A program made the position numbers and the translations under genes. Of a DNA stretch of 64,000 nt, positions 27,160 through 41,920 are shown piece by piece. The stretch spans positions 19,220,001 to 19,284,000 of the forward strand of contig OZ231126.1 in the NCBI GenBank assembly GCA_965153355.1, in the 5' to 3' direction. A model generated the notes under the pieces. The model saw only the letters and a program-made list of their open reading frames with translations, did not search any database and was not told where the DNA came from. The first letter of the stretch is position 1. The number at the start of each line of letters is the position of its first letter. The DNA is from Flaccisagitta enflata (Eukaryota).

Positions 27160-27510
27160 TTTTTGGATGCGTCCGTCAGGTACACATCTCTATAAGAGTC
27201 TCGACAGTTTTTGGCCACGGTGAGATCCTATACTGCAATAAATGATCGATAAACCAGTTTTGAGAGCCTTTTTTGCTACTATGTCGTTTCATCTGTTTCT
27301 CTATAAGAGTCTCGACAGTTTTTGGCCACGGTGAGATCCTATACTGCAATAAATGATCGATAAACCAGTTTTGAGAGCCTTTTTTGCTACTATGTCGTTT
27401 CATCTGTCTGTTCGTCCATCTGATTCTCCATTTATGTCACACGTTTAGCACCAGATTCAATACACGCAGAGACACAGCCCGGACGCATCGTTGTCCGGAC
27501 GGGCTTGTTT
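27160..27510 (+). mobile_element. HINE-like element, family C, with an internal 111-bp tandem duplication
   Basis: tttttggatgcgtcc ... ggacgcatc subTIR pair and 3' cttgttt. The unit starting at 27190 repeats at 27301. A relative lies at ~27799-28075. Confidence 0.7.
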
Positions 27511-27572
27511 TCTTCATAATCTTACCGCTCACCATGTCTTCTCCCTAATTCATTTCTTCTTGTTAGGTTTTC

Positions 27573-27795
27573 TTTTTAGTTGCGGACACGCAACACTTTG
27601 AGGCTTTGTCCGTTGGTCCTTTCATTGGTCCGTTGGTCCATCCGTCAAACCGTGGTGATCGAGTCGAAAAATGGATAAACAAGCGTTTTTGATAATTTTT
27701 GTGTACGTTTGTGAGTGTGTGTGTGTGTGTGGGGGGTGTGGATGGGGGTTGGACGCCCCTGCCCACCGGTCCGCCACAACATTGTGGCCCCGAAT
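27573..27795 (+). mobile_element. HINE-like element, family B (degenerate)
   Basis: tttttagttgcggacacgcaac start, GTCC tract, cccctgcccacc..gtccgc. Confidence 0.65.
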
Positions 27796-28117
27796 CATTT
27801 TTTAGTGCGTCCGTCAGGAACACATCTCTATAACAGGGTCTGTCAGTCTGTCCATTGGTCCGTGCGTTTCGCGGCTGGTTTTAGCCGTTTTTGGCCGCAG
27901 CGAGATCCTATGCTGAATCAAATGATCACCAAATGTGTTTTGCGAACCTCTTTTACTTCTCTGTCGTTTCATCTGTCATTTCATTCATCAGTCTTTCCAT
28001 TTATGTCACATGTTTAGCGCCAAATTCAATACACAAAAAACACAGTCCGGACGCATTGTTGCCAGGTCGTGCTTCTATTTCTACTGTTTTTCTTACCCGT
28101 TTTGTTACAGCTTTTAT

Positions 28118-28286
28118 TTCTTCTTCTTCTTCTTCTTCTTCTTCTTCTTCTTCTTCTTCTTCTTCTTCTTCTTCTTCTTCTTCTTCTTCTTCTTCTTCTT
28201 CTTCTTCTTCTTCTTCTTCTTCTTCTTTTTCTTCTTTTTCTTCTTCTTCTTCTTCTTCTTCTTCTTCTTCTTCTTCTTCTTCTTCT

Positions 28287-28318
<32 letters not shown>
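28118..28318. repeat. (TTC)n microsatellite
   Basis: Directly visible, ~200 bp. Confidence 0.97.
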
Positions 28319-28809
28319 GTCTCCCTCTTTTGTCCCCAAACTCGTAAATGTGACCCCTGCACTGATGACCCGGGCCTTTAGGCTTAGCTTTCTCTTCCTC
28401 CTTCCGTTCCTCCTTCATCATCTACTTGGCCCTAGGGATGCGCAGAGGCGACACTGGGATATTCTCCACCGAACCCATCAAGATTCCATCTTTGGTCCTA
28501 GATCTCATGCGTATCCGCATGGAGGTTAAGTCATTCCGTATGTTAATATTAAATACGTTTAATTTTATCATTGATAAGCAGATTCTTATTTTTGCAAATA
28601 TATCAAGTCAAAATAAATGACATGATAAGATCAAGATTTCATGTCCATTTTTGGCAGTTTTTTATTTTTGCTACTCAGGGTTTCGGTATAGAAGGGTGTA
28701 ATTGTAGCTTGTTTGATTTGTTTGCTCATATGCTTGTTTGTTTGCCGGGTCCGCAAGAGTAAACAACTGAGTAAGGGATATTTCTAAGGACGTTTCTTTC
28801 TGTCTTTCC

Positions 28810-28861
<52 letters not shown>

Positions 28862-28882
28862 TTCTTCCTTTCTGTCTGTTTA

Positions 28883-28913
<31 letters not shown>

Positions 28914-28918
28914 TTCTC

Positions 28919-28958
<40 letters not shown>

Positions 28959-29485
28959 TCCTCCTTTCTTTCCTCCTTTCTTTCTCTCTTTCTCTCATAA
29001 ATCCTTCTCTCCCTAAAGAATCGGTTTGTATCAAAGCACGTCAACACATAAATCAAGAATACAATTGCACCGACTGAGTTTCTCATTGGCTCTGTGGATT
29101 TGAAATATTTTACTTTTTTTTTCTATTCTTCACCTTCTTAAACTTCCTCGTTCCGCTTCACGGAGCGCACGAAAGGAGGAACGAACGAACAGGAGGAGGA
29201 GGAAGAAGAAGAAGTAAAAAAAAAGAAGAAAAAGAGGTAGATTTAATGTCGGTTGAAAGGTTCAAACGTTGAAAAAGCAACATGTCATTCTAGTTGTACA
29301 AAAACTATTCCAGGGATGGAAGGAGCTTTAAGTAAGTCATATGGTACTTATGTAGTGGATATGCCATGCCCAACATCTGATGGGAGATGGGCAAACTGAT
29401 TTATGTGGGACTTCTACTAGGAGTTCCACTACTCAAAAATGTGGCGTAGTTTATTACATAAATGTGTATCTGATGGATCATTTAT

Positions 29486-30113
<628 letters not shown>

Positions 30114-30914
30114 AAGGGAGGACTAGAAGACAAAGGCCGAGACAGAGACAAAAATAAAGAAAAAGACAAGAGACAAAGACAAGGATCCTTTAGAGACAAA
30201 GTCAAAGAGAGAGATAACGACAATGACAGTGACAATGTTAATAAAAATGACACTGACAATGACAACGACAAAATATAAGGGAATGTACGTGGACTATTTT
30301 TCACACGCTCCTCGAAAGTTGAGTGGAAGTAGAGCGCTGGCAAACAGGGTCAAACGACCTAAATCGCGTGCTCTCTCGTTTGATTCGGCCCTAAACTTCA
30401 ATGTTGACGAGGCTGTTAACCGTTAAGATGACATTCAGCCATAATATAAAGCATTTGCCAGACATTTTCAGCTGTTGAGAAGCCAATTTACAAGTAGAGT
30501 CATAGTCGTTGTTATTTGAGCATACAAAGCAATTTTCCGACTTTTCGTCACCTGACCGATCACCCTAACCCTGCATTTGCGTCGTCCCTTGATACGGAAA
30601 GTGTACATTGTACAAATTGTACATAACTTGGGCAAATCTGACTTAGATCTCAATTGACACAAATCAAAGTAACACGAAAAATGAAATAAAGCGTTTTTAA
30701 ATGACATTTTATAGTACCCGTTCCATTTAAAAGTTTCAATGAAAACTTTTTTAAGTTCTAATTTCGAGCCGTATCTAATTAATCATTTCAAACCATGGGG
30801 CACATTCAGTGAAGGGCACAAATTTGCTTTGCTTAGAAAAAAAATCCGTACAACTGGTCGAACCACTTTTGACCTCCACTATTATTAACAAAATGCTTAA
30901 TCGAGAGTCACTTT

Positions 30915-31076
30915 AACAAGGCCGGATACACGGCCACCAGTTGCGGACGGGTGGGCAGGGGCGTTTTCCCACTTTTCAACTCGAGCGTGACGGACGGACG
31001 GACCAACGGACCAACGGACCGACGGACCAACGGACGGACAAAGCCTCTTATAGAGTTGCGTGTCCGCAACTAAAAA
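30915..31076 (-). mobile_element. HINE-like element, family B
   Basis: Near-identical to 8376-8550. Confidence 0.8.
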
Positions 31077-31361
31077 TGGGATCCATTGCTATTGGTTCCA
31101 TTGAAGGTGTCACGTAACCGCGCCATACTCACTGGGACTTGAGTCTCTAGCTCTTCAATTTTCGAGTTTAGAATTTGGTTTTACTGATGACTTTTTTGAG
31201 GTTTATCTTCTGATTTTCGGGATTTTGAAGTGAATCTGATTGGACTCGGATCAACACGTCCCAATCGACCTGCGTGAAGGTTTTTTGATGGATCGCTTTT
31301 AATCTTTTTGATTATCATGTCTCGGGAATAAATTCATTTGTTTTGTTAGTTCATCATAGAG

Positions 31362-31589
<228 letters not shown>

Positions 31590-31900
31590 ATTATATTACT
31601 ATAAGAGACTGCCCCGAAAAATTACCAAAGAAGAGTCGGATCCAATTTGCTGCCAATCTGGTGACGGTCCAGACAGCGTGTAGTCTTTTAATTCATGTGC
31701 AGCTGAGACAAAAAAGCAACGAAAAACGTTTGAGTAATGGGAGGCTCAACCGGCACTGATAGTGATAGGGAGAAGAATCGCGTAATATGCATTCGGCGAG
31801 TAACCAAATCTATGTTTCGGACACACTTGAATCTCATTTATGGAGAAACAAAAATCACCGAAGCCAGGATGCCATGTTGTATCTTCCTATCAAATCAGTG

Positions 31901-34784
31901 CGGTCAGGATTCCCGTTTGCAAAAAGCTTAAAAAAAAAATGTACACCTCACAGATTTTTGCACAGAGGATCTAAAAAGGATATAGAACATGATTCTGATA
32001 TTCATTTTGACCTAACTTGAGCCAAAAAAATTAGTAACGGTTTTTAGTCGCGTGCACGCGACTCTACAACCCGCTCCGTCGGTCGGTCGGTCGGTCCGTC
32101 CGTCCGTCCGTCGGTCCGTCGGTAACACTTTGCTTTTTTGCGTCTTTTTGGGTCATCTGGAGTTATTTTGAGTCAATTTTTTGTTGTTTTTGGGAATTAT
32201 TGGTTGCTTTTAATCATTTTTGGTCATTTTTGGTCATTTTTGGTCATTTGGTCAATTTGGTCATTTTGGTCATTTTTGGTCAATTTTGGTCAATTTTGCT
32301 CATTTTTGATCAATTTTGATCAATTTTGATCAATTTTGATCATTTTTGATCATTTTTGATCATTTTTGGTCATTTTTTGTCATTTTTGTCATTTTGGTCA
32401 TTTTGGTCGTTTTGGTCATTTTTGGTCATTTTTGATCACTTTTGATTATTTTTGATCATGTTTGATCTTTTTTTTTCAGTTTTGGTCATTTTGGTCATTT
32501 TTGGTCATTTTTGGTCATTTTTGGTCTTTTTTGGTCATTTTGGTCATTTTGGTCATTTTTGGTCATTTTTGGTCATTTTTGGTCATTTTTGGTCATTTTG
32601 GTCATTTTGGTCATTTTTGGTCATTTTTGATCATTTTTGGTCATTTTTGGTCATTTTTGGTTATTTTGGTTATTTTGGTCATTTTGGTCATTTTGGTCAT
32701 ATTGGTCATTTTTGGTCATTTTGGTCATTTTGGTCATTTTTGGTCATTTTTGGTCATTTTTGGTCATTTTGGTCATTTTTGGTCATTTTTAGTCATTTTG
32801 GTCATTTTGGTCATTTTGATCATTTTTGGTCGTTTTTGGTCATTTTTGATCATTTTTGATCATTTTTGATCATTTTTGGTCATTTTTGGTCATTTTGGTC
32901 ATTTTGGTCATTTTGGCCATTTTTGGTCATTTTGGTCATTTTGGTCATCTTTGGTCATTTAGGTCATTTTTAGTCATTTTTGGTCATTTTTGGTCATTTT
33001 GGTCATATTTGGTCATTTTGGTCATTTTTGATCATTTTTGGTCATTTTTGGTCATTTTTGGTCATTTTGGTCATTTTGGGTTAAAGTCTGCTGGTTAAAG
33101 TCTGCTGGTTGAAGTCTGCTGGTTAAAGTCTGCTGGTTAAAGTCTGCAAGAGTCTGCTGGTTAAAGTCTGCTGGGTAAAGTCTGATGGTTAAAGTCTCAT
33201 GGTTTAAATCTGCTGGTTTAAATCTGCTGGTTTAAGTCTGCTGGTTGAAATCTTATGGGTTAAGTCTGCTGGTTTAAGTCTGCTGGTTTGAATCTGCTGG
33301 TTTAAGTCTGCTGGTTTAAGTCTGCTGGTTTAAATTTAATGGTTTAAGTCTGCTGGTCTAATGGTTTAAGTCTGCTGGTTTTAGTCTGCTGGTTAAAATG
33401 ATATTAAAGATGAGTATGGTTTAATTCTGGTTTAAGTCTGGTTTAAGTCTGGTTTAAGTCTGGTTTAAGTCTGGTTTAAGTCTGGTTTAAGTCTGGTTTA
33501 AGTATGGTTTAAGTCTGGTTAAAGTCTGGTTTACGTCTGGTTTACGTCTGGTTTAAGTCTGGATTAAGTCTGGTTTAAGACTGGTTCATGTCTGATTTAT
33601 GTCAGGTTTAGGTCTGGGTTAGGTCTGGTTTAGGTCTGGTCTATGTCTGGTTTTTGTCTGGTTTATGTTTGATTTAGGTCTGGTTTAGGTCTGGTTTTGG
33701 TCTGGTTTTGGTCTGGTTTTGGTCTGGTTTGATTCTGGTTTGAGTCTGGTTTGAGTCTGGTTTGAGTCTGGTTTGATTCTGGTTTGAGCCTGGTTTGAGC
33801 CTGATTTGAGCCTGGTTTTGGTCTTGTTTAAGTCTGGTTTGAGTCTGGTTTGAGTCTGGTTTGAGTCTGGTTTGAGTCTGGTTTGAGTCTGGTTTGAGTC
33901 TGGCTTAAATCTGGTTTATGTCTGGTTTATGTCTGGTTTATGTCTGATTTAGGTCTGGTTTCGGTCTGGTTTAATTCTGGTTTGAGTCTCGTTTGAGTCT
34001 GGTTTGAGTCTGGTTTGAGTCTAGTTTGAGTCTTTTTGGGTTGCATTTAAGTCTGATTTTCGATAAAAAGATACAATAAGGAGTCAGGTCAGTTCAGTTA
34101 TTTTTGTCCTGCACGCGACTTATAGGTGTTGGCCTTGTTTGTGCTAAAAACAGCTATTTTTCTTTAAAGAATGGTGTAAAATGAAACATCTTAAACTTTT
34201 TTTTTACAGAAACTTAAAGTACCAATGGCAATTGATACTTAAGTGAACCTAGAGCGATTTAGTATAGGTCTGCAAGGTTCAAAAATTGCATTGGAATCCT
34301 CAAAAATGAAAAAATGACCCAAAATAAGAAAATTCTAAAAACTGAAGTTTTGGAACAGTTTCTAAGGGTAAGATATGCTATCAGTATGAATTTCATTGAT
34401 GTACTCAAAAAAACATGCATGTTATACGCGAAAAACGCAAAACCGCAATATGCAAATAAGATCAAGTGCAAACTTTTAGAAAAAGCAAAAATCGTGTAGA
34501 AACACCAAAGATTGAATCAGCACAGTGCAAATGATCATCATATATCAATATCAGTCAGAATTAACCAAAAATATTAAAAAGATAATGTTTTTTATAGCAA
34601 AAAACACAATTTTTTACATAAAAAACTGTATCTATTTTTTTTTGGCTCAGGTTAGGTCAAAATGAACATCAGAATCGTGTTCTACAGCCTTTTAAGGTCC
34701 CCTGTGCAAAAAACTGTGATGTGTCCATCTTTTTTCTTTCAAAACCCTTAAAATTGAGATTTTCTCTAACCAGAATCCTGACCG
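31901..34784. mobile_element. TIR element (~130-150 bp TIRs) hosting a satellite-carrying HINE
   Basis: cggtcaggattc...tttttgcacag...cattttgacctaacttgagccaaaaaa is mirrored at ~34632-34784. A 4-bp direct repeat (AGTG, or AAAT if the termini extend further) flanks both sides. Confidence 0.7.
32041..34140 (+). mobile_element. Satellite-carrying HINE-like element, family A, copy 3
   Basis: Reverse complement of 10199-11901, with arrays of ggtcattttt, aagtctgctggttt and gagtctggttt. Ends gcacgcgacttataggtgttggccttgttt. Confidence 0.85.
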
Positions 34785-36495
34785 AGTGAAATCACCTTTG
34801 GCCGTAGCCTTCTTCCCTTTGGCTTTGGCGCTACCCGTCTCACGTTTCGATCCGGCTTCCGCGTACTTTCCTCCTCTTTCTCCTTTTCCTCCTCTTGACG
34901 TCAGGACTTCCCCACTTTCACCGGAAGTTGAGTTTACGCCAGATTTCTCGTGACGTTGTTTCGCTCCATCCAAAAATCCAAAGGAAGAGAGCAATTAATA
35001 TGACCGGTGGAACAATATCCCTCACTATAACCACACTGACAAATATGGGAGAGGGCCTTGCGAGCCCTCACTGACTAGTTACTACGCGCATCACTCCTAG
35101 TTTTCCATCTAGCATATCATCATCATATTCCATCATATTCCATCATCACTCCATCATCATACTATTCCAGCATCATATCTCATAGATGATATGGTTTATC
35201 ACATAAAGGGCAGAAATTTTGGATTTTTAAAGCGCATCATTAACTCTCGTTGGATCATACATTGCAGAAAACTTCTGATCCCTGAAATAATACAGTATCT
35301 AAACTTCTTCTTCATAATTTTTCACAGAAAAAGAAATTTTTGATTTTTGATTTTTGATTCTTTTTGCGTTTTGTGCTCATTAACCTTTCAGATATCTTCT
35401 ACAAAAAATAAAAAGTCATTGTTTCAGGTCAACCAGGTAACTCTTTATGCTTTGACACAGATTTGTTTTGATTAGGAATGTAAGTTTTTCTGAAATGATC
35501 CATGGTTATTACAGATGAGACGCAACTGACGGAAATCGGATTTTCATTTTGAACCTGTTATTAGACATAAATCCCTTCGCACTCTTGATTAGATTCCGAG
35601 TAAGGCATGAATAGGCCATAAATCCCTTGCCCCTTGAAATCCTAACCTAGACATACAGTTATTAGGGAAGTATGACGAAAAAAAATTTTTTCTACAAACC
35701 CCCGGTTCATGGTACTAATCGATGCAGAACATCAAGAGCTTTCGATTGATACCCTATATGGCATGTTTTTATCATTTTTATACCAAATATAGCGCTATGA
35801 CGTCTTGACTGCCCTTCTTGCGAGGCTGTCACTTTTTCTGATGTCAATTTCTTTTTGACCTTTTGGCGGCTCAAATCAGTCAATGGACATAAAAAGTACC
35901 CAAGTGCAAAGGTATGTCATTTATCAATTTTTTACCAAAAAAAAAAATGTGATTGTGCCCTATTCTACCTGAATATTAAAAGGTTGATGATCAGAATTAC
36001 CTACTATGTTGAATTATTAAAGCGTATTTGAAACTACATGGAAAACCAGCCAAACAAGGTCAGATAAATGGCCAAAACTAGTCGCGGACAAGTGGACAGG
36101 GGTGGAAATTTGGTGTTTTTCCACTTTTCCAATCATGCACACCAACGGATCAACGGACTGATGGACCGACAAAGCCTTTAATAAATTCGCTACTCCGTGA
36201 CTGAAAAGACGACTTTGACATGAAGGTGCGGCGGTGGGGGTAGCGCCTGCCTACCGGGGCTGCGCAAAAGAGATAGACAGTTGGTAAGACAGACAATCAG
36301 ACAGACAGAAAAACAGTCAAAACCTATTAAGCATGATTAAGTCGCGACTCAATAACCTGCACACCTTTATAAGACATGATCTCGAGTATTTATTTGTTTC
36401 TTATTCAAGCTCTTAGACGCTGCTGTAAAGCTTTAAAACTAAAATTTTGGATTTGACAAAAAATCATTTTTCCCCACAACGTCCCAACATAGGCC

Positions 36496-36616
36496 TTTTT
36501 AGGTGCGACAAAGCACCTCTATAACTGGCTGTGTCCGTCGGTTGGTCGGTTGGTCGGGTAACGCATTCGTTCGACGATCCACACGTCCCACCTTATTGGC
36601 CTACTTGGCCTTGTTT
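36496..36616 (+). mobile_element. Minimal (~120 bp) HINE-like element, family D
   Basis: tttttaggtgcgacaaagcacct ctataa, GGTY tract, ggcctacttggcc hairpin, ttgttt end. A second copy lies at ~39739-39854. Confidence 0.7.
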
Positions 36617-37700
36617 AAGAAAAAAGACCATTTGGCGTGGGTTAATACCCAGAAATGTACCTTAAAGTTAAAGTACCACAAATAAACCCTAAAAAGAGAG
36701 AAAAAAAAATTCTGAATTCACACTTTTGTGTAGTTTAATCGTACTAGAGTATTTCAATTTGATTGATTTCATGAGGGCAACACTAGTAATGCTGAAATGA
36801 GAGATAATTTAAATTTCCTATTTTTTACAACATCATTCATAACTTTTTATTCTTTTTGGAGTACAAATTCGCATTAATTCTTTACTAAATCATTTGTGGT
36901 AACATAGCTAATGACTAGAAAAAGTCAAATTTGGCAAAAAAAAATTTCAGTTCTGACCTCTCGTGATTAGCAAACGGCACCAGATTTTTCATGAGGTCAT
37001 AACCTCTTTCATCAATCATTGGTTAAATGGTTACACTTTGCTTTTTTTCGCGTTTATCAGCGTTTTTCGCATCGATGCGAAAAACGCTGATGGTGATCAC
37101 TACTTCTGCCTGAATGCCTGGTAGGACACAAAAAGTTGCATGAACACAAACAACAAACGGTTTACTTCCGTTTTATGTGCAAATTCCATGATGATGCTTT
37201 AATTAGCACTTCTTGAAAGATGCTTCGTCTTCTTATTTTTATAGCGTTACTCAGAATGCAATTTAAGAAAAAATGAAAGCAGATTTGAAATCAGCATGGT
37301 CAAAACTATTTGTCCCTCTGAGTACAGCGGCGTACGGGCCTTTTTACAAGCGTAAAAGCATCTTATTTCACAGTAAGTCTCATTTCTGTAAACATCGGTT
37401 ATTTTTCCTCGCTAAAAAATGACACTCAGACTCTAGGGGCCCTTTCTACATAATACCAGGCAAGCGAAACGATTGATTCATCATTTTTTAATCATATTTT
37501 CATATTCAGTTCGCTTATTTTAAAAAACAGTCAACTTTTTTTCTCTCCTCATCACTCCACCAACTGCCGTTCAAAAGATCCTACAGTTATGTAATGTTTT
37601 GAATCATTCGAACGTAACTTTAACCTAATCACTTTAGCCTAAAGCGACTGAAAGTAAAACGAAAAACAAGTTTTGATTCAAATCTCTGGCAATGGGTATC

Positions 37701-37875
37701 AACAAGGCCGAATACGTACACTGTTACCCCAGTCGCGTGTAGGTAGGCAGGGACAGTGATAAAAAATACGCAAATGGACAGGGGAAGTAAACCGCCCTTA
37801 AACGCCAAAATAGCTAATCGTTGCCAACCAACTGACCATCCGACCGACGTGCATAGCGTGCACGCGACTAAAAAA
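37701..37875 (-). mobile_element. HINE-like element, family A
   Basis: aacaaggccg...agtcgcgtg...gcgtgcacgcgactaaaaa. Confidence 0.7.
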
Positions 37876-37944
37876 TTACAAATACGGTCGTCCCAACTCA
37901 TTTTCCCTGAATAGCTGGTGACGCCATATATTTCGGACTGTGTA

Positions 37945-37976
<32 letters not shown>

Positions 37977-39960
37977 ATCTACTTGGTCTCCGTTCCGCGC
38001 CTTCTTCGCACAATTGACGACTATAACGATAAAGACGATCACGACGAATAACAGGCTCCAAAGAAGTTGTTGTTTCATCGTTATCATCATCGTCGTCGTC
38101 TTTGTCGCATCGTCATCTTCATCGTCGTCATTTTCGTCGTCGTTCATTCCGATTCCGTCCCTCAAAAAGTCGGTAAAAGTTTTCGATCGCATTTTCGCGG
38201 TTTTCTTCGCCGCGGGAGCGAAAACGAAGAACCACGAAGAGCAGTTAAGTTTTGCCAAAGGATGCCACAGGATGCCGCAGTAGCCAACAAAGATCAATGC
38301 GAGTTATTCCCGTATTTCTATGCTACAGTAGCAACCGCTCTTGAACCTCTTCGTTATTAGAGGATTTCAAATGAGGTCGAGGACGAACCGTTGGTAACGC
38401 ACAGGAGCTAGGAGCAATTATAGATTGCCAGTTCTTGCCACACGAGAAGTTTGATAAGCATGAGAGAGCGACAAGAGCGCGATTTAAGTAGCTGTCGTTA
38501 CCAATGCGTGAAATTTGAGAGTCAATACGCAAGAAGCTGGAAAACTAAGTTTCTTTTCCTCTTGTTTTCTCCGTTTAGTTTGAATTACTGCGGTGAGGTT
38601 AACGAGCTAAACTAGTTAGACGATGTAAAGATCTTTTTAGGAACAGGTGGTTTTCTGGTAGAGAAAATTCCATGTAACAGCAACTTTATCAACTGCTTGA
38701 AGCATGATGCATTTGCGTGCTTCGCATAGCAAAAGTTGGGAGTATTCCTTCACCCTGCTCAGATAATGTGGAGATGCAAAAATCATGAAGATGACCATTT
38801 TCTTTTTTTCAAAATTCCTTCATCTTCCGTTTTTGTTTTGGCCTTAAAGTTTCCACAGATTTCCCCGAATTCAGCAAAATCCTGTGTAGTTTTGTTACAA
38901 AATGCACAATTATTTGTTTTTAAAAATCATGATGCTTGTTAAGATAAACTAAAATCTTAGAACATAAGCTATAAAAAAGCTTATAAAAAGGAAGAATTAT
39001 GATTCTTTAAAAAAAAGAAATTTTTAAAAGCTAATTCAATCAATATCAGCATATTGTTTTACCCCACTGCACTATGCAAACTAGGCCTTCAAAAACAAAT
39101 TTCTAAAAAACGGAGGAAGAACGATTTTCGATAAAAGAAAAATGGTAAGGGTTCTAAAATTGTCCACTCCACTTTAGGTAAAGAGGGCAAGAAGAAATAA
39201 ACAACTTTTGCTATGTGAAGCACCCAAAATGATGCATCTGTTTCCCTCTGAATCAGTCGGTCAACACCGCGTTTTTTTATCTTGTTTGTTTTTCTACTTC
39301 AATTTCAACGATTTTTAGATGCGTCCTCGTATCTTTACCAGCATTAGAGGGTGGGGCCAATGGTAGGTAGCACTATGTGTTAAACGTTCTCAAAAAGAAA
39401 AATCCCATAAAATTATTTTCTTTTGTTCAGTTTACGTCAACACGGTAAAGGTATGGACATAAAGAGATGAAATAACAGATTCCAGCCTCTTGTTCCAACC
39501 TCAAGTCGGTTCTGCAATGTAATTGGTAGGTAGGTGAGTGGCTTTTGATTTCCCCCCCCTGCCTTAAATTTTCTTCCCTGCGACGCGATGCGTCGCGTTT
39601 TAAAATGTATGATTTTCTTTTCCACAAAGCAATAAGACACTGTAGTTAAGGTTTAAACAGTGTTGAATTGTGTTTTTCTAACTAGTTTTTATGATTTGGT
39701 ACTGTCAGAAGTTATATTTTCCCCAATTTTCTCTTCAGTTTAGGTGCGCCAAAGCACCTCTATAGCAGACTGTGTCCGTTGGTCGGTCGGTCGGTTGGTT
39801 GGTCGGGTAACGTATTCGTTTGACGATCTAACCGGCGCACCTTATCGGCCTACTTTTCCCCCTTTGATTTCCTTCCCCATCTCCAAACCCTTTGATTTCT
39901 TCCCCCCCCCCCCAATCGTGGGAAAACTCAATTATATACAGGATTGGTGCAAAGCTTATC

Positions 39961-40001
39961 TTTATTAATTAGGACGTTCAGTATTCGATTTTCTCTTTAT
40001 T
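39961..40001 (-). promoter_or_regulatory. Candidate Dll polyadenylation signals
   Basis: First AATAAA hexamers I found on the minus strand downstream of the stop (plus-strand tttatt at 39996-40001 and 39961-39966). The context is AT-rich, so the evidence is weak. Confidence 0.3.
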
Positions 40002-40680
40002 TCTCCACGATATTGTTCTTATTTCCCAAAAGCAGACATGCAGATTGTGGAGAAGCGGGAAGCGCCACTTCTTGGAAGATCATGCAATATGTCTTTAAAA
40101 AAACGGCAAAAATTAAATTTCAGTTTAGGAAAGCATTTATACAGTTGTCACAAATCATATTCTTATTGGATGATCTAAAAATTTTATGCTATTTCCATAA
40201 ATCTACCATTTTCATGATTGGTTTATATAAAAAGGACTTGATTTTTCTATGAAATCACTGTTTTTTTTTTTTGCTTCCCGGAAGCTTGGAAGAATATCAG
40301 TATCTGCTCAAAAGGATTTTGCTATTTTTTTACTGAAAACTTTATCAGTTTGTCTTAATGCAATACCCAATGTAATACTCAATGTAATAGTACGTATTCA
40401 CTTCTCAGTGTCATTTAACGAAGGAATAAGAAATGCGAAAGGGATTCAATTATTCGATTTTTGTTCATATTTACAAAAACAAAGATGACAAAAAGACGCA
40501 AAAACAATGAACTAGATAAAAGATGATAATTCAATTCAATCGGTGTTATTTTTTTTGTTATATAAACGTTCCTCATGAAATACCGTAATAACCGAAAATG
40601 TGGTACAAGCTTGTTATTGCCAATGATATGAAGCAGAACACAAAAATCACATCGAAATGAACCAGGAGAGAGAGAGACAG

Positions 40681-40771
<91 letters not shown>

Positions 40772-40829
40772 AAACGGACGAACGGACTAATACGGTGGGT
40801 TATACTTCGTTGGATAAATCTTGCCATTA

Positions 40830-41885
40830 CTAGCTCATGACTTGGTGTCCGAGGTTAGGGTGGGGTTCGTGATTTAAGGGGTGATTGTTCGCCCAATGGC
40901 CCATAGCAGGAGGGCTAAAGGGTTGTGGGGATTCAGTCTGGGGATATCCTCCACCGGGGTAAGTAAACTGCGAGTAATAAGTAGGCGTGTCCGGATGTTG
41001 CCCATAACCAGGCAAATGACTGTTATTGTTCTGAGGAGGACTCTTCATATCCCATTGCTGCTGTTGCTGCTGATGCGGCGGCGGCTGTTGTTGCAGATGA
41101 GCCTGTTGCGGATGACGTGGATGATGGAGCTGTTGGCTATGCATTTGTTGCTGTTGATCATGCGGAAAATGTGTCAATGACTGTTGCTGATGTTGTTGCT
41201 GTGGTTGTTGTTGATGTTGACGATGAAGTGGTGGACTGCCGTTGTTATTGTAGTATTTCAGATCTTCGGACAAGTGTTGCTGCTGTGGGTGATGTTGCGA
41301 GGTTGGTGGTCGTTGCTGATTGGTCGGTCCAAGCGTCGGACTCATCAACGACGAGGGTGTAGTTGGATGCTGATTGGCTCCTGGATGCGAGATGCCTTCA
41401 TGGGCGAGTGGGTGACCCGGGGCGTGAGGGGACGGAGTTTCTGGAGGGTGTTGAGGATGAAACCCGGGATGTAACATGGAGGAGGAGGAGGAAGAGGAGG
41501 AGGAGTGGCCAATGCCACCGCCAACACCACCAACACCGGCAGATGTTGGAGAATCGGGATGCAAGACGCCGTTGACGTGGACGAGAGGAGGAGGATGAGG
41601 AGTCGATGGATGGGAGGAGGTATGAGTGAGAGGAAGATGAGGAGGATGGAGAGAGAGATTGTTGCCGGGTTGATGCGATGGGGATCGATTCGTTGTCGCG
41701 GGACTGTTTGGAGGAAATGGAGCGCCTCCAACGGCTCCATCGACAGCGCCAACGCCGCCGCCGACGCTGCCACCGATGCTTCCCGTGCTGTTGCTGTGAC
41801 GCAGAGCCGGATGTTCTGGCGGATGTTGAAGATGACTGGTTGGAGACACTGATCTCTGAGAGTTTGGTGGAAGGGAAAGTTGATT

Positions 41886-41920
<35 letters not shown>

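Noticed and set aside
29350-29450. Short imperfect hairpin as a possible pre-miRNA
   Set aside because: Pairing is weak and I recognise no mature miRNA sequence.
32138-33098. Repetitive FGHFWSFLVI ORFs (also 11341-11664)
   Set aside because: Translations of the 9/10-bp satellite tier.
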